This document shows, piece by piece, positions 27,287-39,940 of a stretch of 64,000 bases of DNA. A program made the position numbers and the translations under genes. The notes beneath the pieces are model-generated. The model made no database searches and was not told the origin of the DNA. It was given only the letters and a program-made list of their open reading frames with translations. Numbering within the stretch: the first letter of the stretch is position 1; every line of letters starts with the position of its first letter. The stretch comes from Eledone cirrhosa (taxonomy: Eukaryota), in NCBI GenBank assembly GCA_964016885.1, contig OZ024763.1:11904001-11968000 (forward strand). Direction: 5' to 3'.

Positions 27287-27968
27287 TTTACATCTTTTAC
27301 TAATAAACACTATTGCTACAACTATAGTCTTTACATCTTTTACTAATAAACACTATTGTTACTACTATAGTCTTCACATCTTTTACTAATAAACATCATT
27401 GCTACAACTATAGTCTTTACATCTTTTACTAATAAGCACCATTGCTACTACTATAATCTTTATATCTTTTACTAATAAACACCATTGCTACTACTATAAT
27501 CTTTATATCTTTTACTAATAAACACTATTGTTACTACTATAGTCTTTACATCTTTTACTAATAAACACCATTGCTACAACTATAGTCTTTACATCTTTTA
27601 CTAATAAACACTATTGCTACTACTATAATCTTTATATCTTTTACTAATAAACACTATTGTTACAACTATAATCTTTATATCTTTTACTAATAAACACCAT
27701 TGCTACTACTATAGTCTTTACATCTTTTACTAATAAACACCATTGCTACTACTATAGTCTTTACATCTTTTACTAATAAACACCATTGCTACTACTATAG
27801 TCTTTACATCTTTTACTAATAAACACCATTGCTACTACTATAGTCTTTACATCTTTTACTAATAAACACCATTGTTACAACTATAGTCTTTACATCTTTT
27901 ACTAATAAACACTATTGCTACTACTATAGTCTTCACATCTTTTACTAATAAACACTATTGCTACTACT
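27287..27968. repeat. 43-bp minisatellite (~16 copies)
   Basis: tagtctttacatcttttactaataaacaccattgctactacta; a partial unit resumes after the MITE at ~28330. Confidence 0.93.
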
Positions 27969-27972
27969 TTAA

Positions 27973-28326
27973 CCCTTTAACATTTAAACTGGCCATATAT
28001 GGCCAGAATTTTCTTACCTCTTTCTGTTTAAACCGGTTGTAACTGGCCACTCATACTTATGTTAAGGTATTATTCTCAAAATCAATAATGTCAAAATCTC
28101 ATAGGTTTGATATTATGTGAGATAATGCCTTTACCACGAAAATATATATATAGAGTATATATATAAATAGTATATATAGAGTATATATATAAATAGTATA
28201 TATAGAGTATATATATAAATAGTATATATAGAGTATATATATAAATAGTATATATAGAGTATATATATAAATAGTATATATATAAATGTATATATAGAGT
28301 ATATATATAAATAGTATATATAGAGT
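27973..28326 (+). mobile_element. P1 MITE lacking its right TIR, with subterminal 26-bp expansion
   Basis: Left TIR and body are intact, then (aaatagtatatatagagtatatatat)n. Confidence 0.8.
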
Positions 28327-29006
28327 GAAATAGTCTTCACATCTTTTACTAATAAACTTCAACCATACATCATTTACAAACTACACACATTTGTACTTTT
28401 GTGTGTTTTAGTGTTTGTATGTTGGTGTGGGGGTGGTGTGTAGTTGTATGTGGGGTGGGGGTGGGGGTATGTTGGTGTTGGTGGTGGGGGGGTGGAGGTG
28501 TTGATAGTGTTGTGGTGGTGGTAGTGATGGCTGTTGTTGTTGTAACACAGTCTCCTGTACCAATATCATTGCTTCAGCCACAAACCTGATTGTTACCACC
28601 TCCAATACAAGATGGTCTAAATGCTACTCCTGGACTGATCCCTTTTTATGCTTGTTGCCATTGAGATGTCTGGTCCCCAAACTGCTAAAATTAGAAGGGT
28701 GGCGCAAGGAAAGAGCCTCCTTAGGGTAGAATGGTTGATGTAGCGGGTGCCACTTGCTGCCGCAGCAATGTTTTTCCCATCTTATCCACTGCATATAGCA
28801 GTCAAGATGTACCACCAAACCAAGCTTGTAGAGTTTACCCCCTCCTTATTCTCTGACCCCCTCCATGCTTCTTATTTTAACCCCTCTCCGTTTCCCTCAA
28901 TGAAAAGAAGTAAAACATCTATAAAAATGTAATTATCAGACATTAAAATTCATAAATAAATTATACAAATAACACTTCGTTAACTAACAAAGCCTGCCTT
29001 CATTAA

Positions 29007-29221
29007 CCCTTTAGCATTTAAACCGGCCATATCCGGCCATATCCATCCAGGATTCTCTCACCTCTTTCTGTTCAAACTGGCCGGAACTGGCCACTCCCAC
29101 CAACTTTAAGGTATTGTTTTCAAAATAGATATCAAAATCACATAAATTCGATATTATGTGAGATAGAACCTTTTCTGTGAAAATACAATAGTAAATATAG
29201 AGTAATGTAAATACTACAGGG
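29007..29221 (+). mobile_element. P1 MITE
   Basis: TTAA|CCCTTTAGCATTTAAA ... AAATACTACAGGG. Confidence 0.85.
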
Positions 29222-30261
29222 CTAGACTAATATACTTCTTCATTGTACTGTGTTGTTTACTTTGTTATTTTTGTTTACGTTTTACATATGTATGAGAGAT
29301 ACACATGGTATGAGAGATACATGGTTATTTCTGTTTACTTTTACATATGTATAAGAGATACATGCTTCATTTCCTCACAGACACATCTGTTCTATATTTT
29401 TTTTTGTCTCCAGGAGTATGTTACTTCATTTATTCAACTATTATTGTTGTTATCTGCACTGTGGTGACTATATTTCCAAAATTAACGTAATTTTCTTTTT
29501 ATTCCCTATATTTAAAATAAAACCAATTATTTCTAAAGTTATTAAATATAATATTTCTTCTCTTCTGTTATAGGTAAGTTCCTTTACTACATTTGGATTA
29601 TTGTGGATTTATTTTGAAAACCAGTCTTCACCTAAAGTCTGTTTCTACCTATGACAGGTGTAAGTAATTATATTTTTGTCAATAAATTATTTAGACACCA
29701 CTATTATTGTTGCAACTCGCACTTTTTTCCACAGGCAATTTTGTAGCATTTTTTTTTTTTTTACGTAAAGCCATATATTCATTATATATGTGTGTGTGAG
29801 TGTGTGTGCGCATATGTATCTGTGTGTATATGTGTGTTTGTATATATGTGCATGTGCCTATACATATGTTTGTGTACACACATACACATGTATAGTATGT
29901 TAAAGTAGCATAACATATAGCATATATGATGATTATGTTTCTCAATAGAAAAGCTCAATGGGCGTTGACCCAAAGCACCAATTAAATGATATATATATAT
30001 ATATATATATATATATCGCCTGAAGAAGGGCTTATGCCCGAAACGTCGTTCCCCACCACCACCACCCCACTCTCAAGAGCGTGAAACTAATAAACCTTTG
30101 TTCATACTGCCTCTCTGTTTTGTTCCCATTCAATTTTTCACTATATATATATATATACATACATGAAACTTCCTCGTATTTTTCTATTATATACACTCTG
30201 CCTGAGTATCCCTCTCTCCTTATCTCTCTCTTTCTTTCTCTCTCTCTCTCACTCTCTCTCA

Positions 30262-30293
<32 letters not shown>

Positions 30294-30809
30294 GAATGAA
30301 TGGAATAACAACAACCACCATACACAAACACACAATACTGACCTACAATAAGTATAAATAAATACACACAAGTACAATAACAACAACCACACATAAACAC
30401 ACACTAGTGAACAAAGATAGAATACAAACACACACAGACTCAGACACAAACACACACCAAATAGAAAACACACACACAAACACATGCGCAAACAGAGAGA
30501 GACAAGAATAAATAAATAAAATTAAAATGGCATAGACATTACAATACAATGGGAGGCAACATAATAGTACCTCTGATGATGTCACAGATGTGTGATAAAA
30601 GAACTTTGATAGACTATATATATATATTTATTTATATCTGTATTTTTAACCGTTGGTCAATCAATGATAAACATTGATTGCCAGCTATAGAGATATAAAA
30701 TATACAGAAGTGAAAACCAACCCAAATCAAACAGTGCCTGTGTTTTATTATATATTTCTGGCAATATTATAACAACATGACCCTCCCCAAATATAACAAT
30801 ATATATAAT

Positions 30810-31140
30810 GGAGGCACATGGCTTAGTGGTTAGAGCATTGACCTTGCAATCGAAAGGTTGTGAGTTCAACTCTCAGACCGGGTGATGTGTTGTTTCCTTG
30901 AGCAAGACACTTTATTTCACATTGCTCCAGTTTACTCAGCTGTAGAAATGAGATGATAGGGACTGGGGTCCCTATCATTCCACTGCAAAGTGGTTGTGGA
31001 GGTGCCACGGCAAAAAAGCACGCAGCACTCACTGTAAATGAGGTTGGTGTTAGGAAGGGCATCCAACTGTAGAAATCAAGCCAGAATCAGTTCCCGTCCC
31101 ACCCTAGCAAGCAGGGAAAAAGCGGACGTAAAATGAAATG

Positions 31141-31143
<3 letters not shown>
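30810..31143 (+). mobile_element. CORE-SINE family 1, full length
   Basis: GGAGGCACATGGCTTAGTGG...GCGGACGTAAAATGAAATGA. Confidence 0.9.
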
Positions 31144-31176
<33 letters not shown>

Positions 31177-31511
31177 TTCATTGAGCTTTCTTTGTTGAGT
31201 ACATAATCAATATATATTTTATATGTATAAATCTAACCGAATTATATATACACACACACACACATACACACACACACATGCGTGCGCATACACACATGCG
31301 TGCGCACACACACACGTTGAACAATGAAGACAAAAGGCAAATTTTAGTGTTTAATCAATTCGTTCTTTTACGCTCGTTTCAGAAGGTTGATTGATCATGA
31401 TAAATCAATATAGAAACTAATCAATAGTAGTTATGTAACTTTATATTATTAGTCTTGATGTTATAGATCTATTTCTCTCTCTCAAACACACACACACACA
31501 CACACACACAT

Positions 31512-31567
<56 letters not shown>

Positions 31568-32192
31568 ACATATATATATATATTGGCTTCAATCACCATC
31601 ATACCATTGTAGTATTGCCTCCCTTTGCCTTTTTTATATAAATATTTTCATGGGAATTGTTCTGATGATCTTTCCCCTTTGTTGCCTTGTATCGACAAGT
31701 TTCAAAGGGAGCACCATATTGGTGGCTAGGTCTCATCCATCTACAGTTGAACTTCTTAAATATAATCAATCACAAATTCTATTCTGATAGTTTCTTCCCT
31801 CACACATCTCACCTATGGCGTTCTCTTTCAGCTTCTTGTTTATCCTCACCACTATAATTTGTAACATCAATCATCATCTTCTCTTTCCTTGAATAATGTT
31901 CTTTCTGTCTTGTCCTTCTCCCTCCTCAGTAACTCCTTGGCATTTTAGTAGCTTTATTGTATTTCCAACAAATTAAATATCCCTTCTGCTTGGAGTTAGT
32001 TGTAGCCACTATATAGCTGCTACTAATCAAGTTGTTTGAGGTAATCACAGAGCACATTCAATGGAGTGAGAAGTTAAACATTATTGTCTAGATAAAACAC
32101 AATAGTTATAAGGTGTGACACCAAGAAAAACAACTGAATGTTGTGGCCATACTTATACTACAACAAAGATAGATACAAAAAAGTTGAAGACT

Positions 32193-32676
<484 letters not shown>

Positions 32677-32997
32677 TATATGATATATATTCTCTTTTAC
32701 TCTTTTACCTGTTCCAGCCATCCGGCTATATATTATAAAGTGAAAGGACAGGAGGCCAAATATGTTGAATTTCCTTAATTTTTCCATTACTGTAAACACT
32801 ATACACATTTCAGTGGCCAGGTTGTATAAGAACCCGGTGACCTCATCAGGTGTAAATCGTGTAATAGATGTATGCCAATGGAATGATGGTAAACTTTAAG
32901 GAAACAAGCAAAGTAAAGGTGTGTGCTGTGTTTTTGATCCAGAGAAGGATGTAGTAGCATGCTGCCACATTGCTCGCTCGATACTGAGTTTAAATTT

Positions 32998-33040
<43 letters not shown>

Positions 33041-33112
33041 TGTAAATAAATAAATGTAATCTGAGTTTTTCGAATATTAATAATAACATTCGATTTGTTT
33101 GCAATTATCTTT

Positions 33113-33162
<50 letters not shown>

Positions 33163-33353
33163 CTTCCTTCTTATACTCCTCCCCCACCATCCTTTACTCT
33201 TATTTCTTCCTCTTCCTTACCTTTTCCACCCCCACCTCCCCTCACTTTTTCCCAATCTCATATATCCATCTTAATTTATTTTTCTATTTTTCATATGTTG
33301 ATTTAAAACTTCACTGCTCACAAGTGTTTTTTAAGCTTCATATCATGTCTCCC

Positions 33354-33424
33354 TGTTTTATCTGATGAGAACGCAGATATCATCCCATGATGATATTTGT
33401 TTTTGAAATGCGCATAATAAAATA
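33354..33424 (+). ncRNA. Predicted type I hammerhead ribozyme (minimal, PLE-type)
   Basis: Stem I tgttttat/ataaaata, core CUGAUGA (33362-33368), ~16-bp stem II, GAAA (33405-33408), palindromic stem III AUGCGCAU, cleavage triplet AUA (after 33416). Confidence 0.8.
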
Positions 33425-33503
33425 CTTGGAACTCTTTTAACCATCTTTTGATGTATATATATATTATATATATATATATATAATATATATATACATATAT
33501 ACA

Positions 33504-33740
33504 CAATGATATTAAATAAATAGAAACTATATATATAAAACCATATTTATTCTATTATATATTTTCAAGGGTACCAAAAAACTTTGGTACGCTTTCATCA
33601 GATAAAATACAAAGAGTGTCGATACTCTTTGTATTTTATCTGATGAAAGCGTACCAAAGTTTTTTTGGTACCCTTGAAAATATATATAATAGAATAAATA
33701 TGGTTTTATAAATATAGTTTCCATTTATTTAATATCATTG
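33504..33740. repeat. ~118-bp-arm inverted repeat made of two family-B hammerhead repeats
   Basis: Centre gagtgtc|gatactc; each arm carries CTGATGA...GAAA. Confidence 0.9.
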
Positions 33741-34060
33741 AATATTTACTCGAGAAAATCTGTCGAGTGCTCTGAATCAGTTATAAACATTTATATTTGT
33801 TGTATTTCCAACAAATTAAATATCCCTTCTGTGCCTCTTCCTATCTACGGTTAGCTTTTCTCTTTGTTGTTTACTTGTCTCACTCGCTTTACGCGTTTTA
33901 ATTGTCCTAATAACTTAATTTAGTTATTATTGCACCAACGTGAGGTATATGATTTTTAATGCAATGAAATATCTATGATCGTTGGCAAATCACTGATGAG
34001 GCACTCATTTTATAACATGTTATCCATGTGCAACCTGCAGTATTCTTCTCCCCATTTTTT

Positions 34061-34109
<49 letters not shown>

Positions 34110-34237
34110 ATACTTTGGGAGGGTCATGTTGCCAATAAGAAACACACGCACCGTATAACAATATCAGTTTCAACACACGTTTTCAGATAAAGAATCTTGC
34201 TAAACAAATTCAGAAACAAAATATATATATATATATG

Positions 34238-34295
<58 letters not shown>

Positions 34296-34998
34296 CAACA
34301 TACTTGAAATATGTTCTTTCTGTTTTGTCCTTCCCCGTTCTCAGTAACCCCTTGTATTTTAGTGGCTTTATTGCCTTACTTGTGGTGAGCCAGAAAAAAA
34401 ATAGAACTGTTTGTAATCTGGTTTATCTCTTGTCTAAATAGTGAAAGCCAATATGTCTACACCTTTCTCCCCTCTATGGTCTAAGCCAATATGTCTACAC
34501 CTTTCTCCTCTCTATGGTCTAAGCCAATATGTCTTGACCCCCCCCCCCTCCCCTCCTCTATGGTCTAACCCAATATGTCTACACCCCCGCTCTCTTCTTT
34601 CCCTCTCTGGTCTGCTTATTTACTGCTTATCATTAATATATATCTGCTGTATTGTTATCTACAACATACCTGGGTCTGGACTATTTTAGCAAGGTAGTGG
34701 TGGTGTTGGTGTGGTGTTGTTAGTGGTAGTGGTGGTGTTGTTAGTGGTAGTGATGGTGTTGTTAGTGGTAGTGATGGTGTTGTTAGTGGTAGTGATGGTG
34801 TTGTTAGTGGTAGTAGTGATGGTGTGGTATTGTTAGTGGTAGTGATGGTGTTGTTGTTAGTGGTGTTGGTGCTGTTACTAGTAGTGGTGTTGGTGGTAGT
34901 AGTAGTGGTGGTGGTGTTGATAATGGTAGTAGTGGTGTTGTTAGTGGTGTTGTTGTTGGTGGTAGTAGTGCTGTTATTAGTGGTAGTAGTGGTGGTGC

Positions 34999-35029
<31 letters not shown>

Positions 35030-35491
35030 GGGGGTGTTGTTAGTGGTAGTAGTGGTGTTGTTAGTGGAAGTAGTGGTAGTAGTAGTAGTAGTAGTGGTGT
35101 TGTTAGTGGTAGCAGTGCTGTTGTTAGTGGAAGTAGTAGTGGTGGTGGTGGTGTTAGTGGTAGTAGTGGTGGTGTTGGTGTTAGTGGTAGTAGTAGTAGT
35201 AGTAGTATTAGTAGTGGTGGTGTTGGTGTTAGTGGTGGTAGTAGTAGTAGTATTAGTAGTGGTGGTGGTGTTAGTAGTAGTAGTAGTATTAGTAGTGGTG
35301 GTGGTGTTAGTAGTAGTAGTATTAGTAGTGGTGGTGGTGGTGTTAGTAGTAGTGTTTGTATCTGAGAGCAATGTAACTGTTGATAGAAGAGAGACTTCTG
35401 CAGTTAACAAAACATAGGTAGGTGGTGTCTTGTCAGTGGAATTTGATAAAGAGAAACTACAGAAGCCCTTCCTGCCTGGCTATCTCTGTAG

Positions 35492-36365
<874 letters not shown>

Positions 36366-36648
36366 TAGATAGACAGACAGGGGTCAATATGATAGCTGTG
36401 GAACCCTATCATTAAACCATTTGAGAAAACTGAGAGATAGAACCTGGTGGGAAGCCAACTAAAGCTGTATAGCTGTGGGCTGTATAGCTGTGGGCTGTAG
36501 ATGAAAAGCCAAGACAGAATGTTTCATTAGAAATATGGCAATGAAAGGGTTAAACAGCGATGATAATAGCTACAAATGTAAAGGTTTATAGTGGGTAGTC
36601 TTCTCCTAAATACACGCTTTCTCCATTGCATTATTGTTCCTGTGTAAT

Positions 36649-36842
36649 AGGGCGGTGGATTGGCAGTATTGGGAGAGGGTCGGACGCCAGGCTTTGACGT
36701 ATAGAGTTACGGCCCTTGCTATTCTGAGTTCAAATCCCGCCGAGGTTAACTTTGCCTTTCATCCTTACGGGGTCGATAAAATAAAGTACCAGTAATGCAC
36801 TGGGTAATTGCTGGCCTTGTGCCTAACGTAGAAACAATTATT
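36649..36842 (+). mobile_element. Family-2 SINE with TSD
   Basis: Full copy, flanked by attattgttcctgt(g/a)taatag on both sides (36630-36650 and 36837-36857). Confidence 0.88.
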
Positions 36843-36929
36843 GTTCCTGTATAATAGAATGAACTCTATAGATAATGAACATAACCACAAGGTAATGGTC
36901 CGAACGTGGAAGAACCGAACTCCCAGTCA

Positions 36930-37190
36930 TCGACTCCATCTGTCTCGCCCTCTCCATATCTCTGTATGGTGAGCAAATGGGGTCCCACGTGCTGGCGTCC
37001 CCACCGCCCTGGTTGGACAGAATGGTGAGGGAGATGAGCTGGAAGGGCCATCCCATCTCGCGATGCTCACGTCACGCCTGCGGCTGGCCAGCTCAGTGCC
37101 TAAAGTGGTGAGTAGGGAGGTAGCTCTAGGGTCAAGGACCCCAGAAGTCTCCACTGCCAAGGGCACGACAGCAAACCTGTCGGAGAGTGA
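36930..37190 (-). pseudogene. CRE-like (RLE-bearing) non-LTR retrotransposon C-terminal remnant
   Basis: LSDRFAVVPLAVETSGVLDPRATSLLTTLGTELASRRRD / GWPFQLISLTILS fits the F.P.AVET.G..G..A..L...LG......W..QR.S pattern. Related pieces at 23710-23870 (+), 28630-28790 (+) and 8140-8250 (-). Confidence 0.7.
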
Positions 37191-38199
37191 CCAGTTATAT
37201 CAATGTATAGGGTTGTAATATCTGGTGGAGATATAGTGGAGTCTTAGTGACATAGGGGTGTAATATCTGGTGGAGTGACATATGGGGGGTTTCTTAGATT
37301 TAGAGGGGAGTCATGCTAACATACGGCAGGGTTCTTGGCCATTTAAAAACTATCAGCTCTTCTTTCTTTGCTTTCTTCTTCTTCTTACTCCCCACCACCC
37401 ACTAACAGCTGCTGAAACCAACAGTGTAACATCTCCTCTCCTCCACAACACCTCATCAGGCCCCAGTCTCCCCTTCTCCCCCACTGCACCTCATCATATC
37501 CCAGTTCCCTCTCCTCCACAACACCATCAGACCCCTGTCTCCCCCTCTCCTCCACAACACCACCGAACCCCAATCTCCCCCTCTGCTCCACAGCACCTCA
37601 TCAGACCCCAGTTCCCCCTCTCCACAACACCCCAGTTTTCCCCTCTGCTCCACAGCACCTCATCAGACACACCAAATTTGATTCTGATTGTGATAGACAA
37701 AATGAGAAAATACTTATTGTTTGAGTTAAAATTTAGCTGTTAGCATTAACTGTTAGATTTAGTTTCTGTGTATTTGGACACCATTAATGGGGATTGATTT
37801 TTGCCTCTCCTCCCCACCCACTCCACACCACCAGTGGTTCGCCTCCTTTCGTTTTGTTTTGATTTATATTGATTTTTACTTTACTATTGTTATTATTTGT
37901 TATTTTATTGTTTATTGATATTGATCTCTATGATATCTTCTCCATAAAAACCTCGTTGTCTCGGTTTATAAATTACATGATTAGCTCAGTAGTAGCTCCT
38001 GCCGATGTTTTCTTTTGGTTTGCTGTTTGGTTTTGTGTTGTTGTTGTTGTTGTTGTAGTTGTTGTTGTAGTTTGTTTGATTGTTATTTAGGTCTCGTATA
38101 GCTTTTCACTGTGGAAAGATCTGAGTCTCTCTCTCTCTTCAGTGATGCCTCATAGGGCTTACCATTTATACTACTACTACTACTACTACTACTAATAAT

Positions 38200-38422
38200 A
38201 ATAATTGTTTCTACTTTTGGCACAAGGCCAGCAATTTTGGGGGAGGGAAAAGTCGATTAAATCGATCTCAGTGCATTACTGGTACTTTATTTTATCAACC
38301 CTATAAGGATGAAAGGCAAAGCTGGTCTCAGCGGGATTTGAACTCAGAACGTAAAGGGACGTAACTCTGTGCTGAAAAGCATGTTAACTGACGCTCTACC
38401 AATTCTGCCAATCCACCACTCT
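38200..38422 (-). mobile_element. Family-2 SINE (long variant)
   Basis: Carries the extra gtcgattaaatcga segment. Similar copies or fragments at 4220-4400, 4800-4903, 43040-43230, 49070-49250, 57053-57490, 61380-61790 and 63915-63990. Confidence 0.8.
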
Positions 38423-38449
38423 AATAATGATAATAATAATAATTATTAT

Positions 38450-39065
38450 TATTTCCTTTTATTTGCTACAAGGGCCAACAAAAAGGGGGACAATACAATA
38501 GACAAGGACAGGAACGGGGGGGGGGGGGTACACTGAAATAGAATAGAAAGAAATTAACGAACAAATAACAATGAACAAAAGAATTACAACAATGAAAATT
38601 CCCCAATTGAGGGAGCAATACCCAGGGGTCACTAAGGAACCCCATAAATCCTAAGACACCTGGTGCTCAAAGAGCACCATAGGAGGGTGTCCCTCTCCTT
38701 TCTAAATCAGCCAGCCCACAGATGCATGCTCAAAGTAGGCCCATTAACACGAGCCATTTTTGCAACATTCACCCACCTTTTAGCAAATGTACTGGGGGAA
38801 AACACTTCTATCCTTATCTTCTTTTCTAAGTGAAACTTGAAAAAAATGATGAGGGATTTGTCAAAGAGAAAAGTGTCTGTCTTCAGTCCTTTCAACCTGG
38901 TCCACCACACAGCTGTTCGACATAACTCCACAAGTCAGTAATGCACAGACACTGGTTGAGTGCATGCAGAACGGTTTTGTCGCGTTGCATGCATCTCAGG
39001 CAGGTCCGTCTGACTGCACTTCCGTGCCTGTAGAGGTCAGCTCAAACCGGCAGTGCCCCCTCCCT
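38450..39065 (-). pseudogene. L1/Tx1-clade LINE 3' remnant
   Basis: ALPV*ADLYRHGSAVRRTCLRCMQRDKTVLHALNQC (zf-RVT-like CCHC) and VWWTRLKGLKT...FAKRWVNVA, followed by a T-rich 3' UTR. Confidence 0.75.
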
Positions 39066-39234
39066 CTTGTGGGTTTATGTACGATCAGCTCTGATTACCA
39101 CTGCTAAGTATACTCTCCCCAATAGGTGGGGAAAGGGCCCTACAAATGAGGGTGATTTACAACTGATGTCCTGGTCTTTTAGGAAAGTGATTCATACACA
39201 TTCCGACTATGATGCTGCTCTGTATGATCTATAG

Positions 39235-39940
39235 TCTATTTACCCCTGGTCTACAGGCTATTTACCCCTGGTCTACAGGCTGTTTGTGGTCGTCTATCTA
39301 GCTACATGTTATTTACCCCTGGTCTACAGGCTATTTGTGGTCGTCTATCTAGCTACATGTTATTTACCCCTGGTCTACAGGCTGTTTGTGGTCGTCTATC
39401 TAGCTACATGTTATTTACCCCTGGTCTACAGGCTGTTTGTGGTCGTCTATCTAGCTACATGGTATTTACCCCTGGTCTACAGGCTGTTTGTGGTCTATCT
39501 AGCTACATGGTATTTACCCCTGGTCTACAGGCTGTTTGTGGTCTATCTAGCTACATGGTATTTGCCCCTGGTCTACAGGCCGTTTGTGGTCGTTTATCTA
39601 GCTACATGTTATTTACCCCTGGTCTACGGGCTGTTTGTGGTCGTTTATCTAGCTACATGTTATTTACCCCTAGTCTACAGGCCGTTTGTGGTCGTTTATC
39701 TAGCTACATGGTATTTACCCCTGGTCTACAGGCCGTTTGTGGTCGTTTATCTAGCTACATGTTATTTACCCCTGGTCTACGGGCTGTTTGTGGTCGTTTA
39801 TCTAGCTACATGGTATTTACCCCTGGTCTACAGGCTGTTGTTTGTGGTCGTCTATCTAGCTACATTGTATTTACCCCTGGTCTACAGGCTGTTTGTGGTC
39901 TATCTAGCTACATGGTATTTGCCCCTGGTCTACAGGCCGT
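39235..39940. repeat. 51-bp minisatellite (48-bp variants), split by the LINE
   Basis: gtttgtggtcgtctatctagctacatg(g/t)tatttacccctggtctacaggct; continues at 42118-42300. Confidence 0.93.

Noticed and set aside
30810-30882. tRNA gene (GCA anticodon-like loop)
   Set aside because: It is the SINE head: A and B boxes are present, but the acceptor and anticodon stems do not pair properly, there is no T-run terminator, and it is always fused to the CORE.
31655-31720. CTGATGA motif as another hammerhead (also 16146 and 20016)
   Set aside because: No correctly placed GAAA, stem III or stem I pairing.
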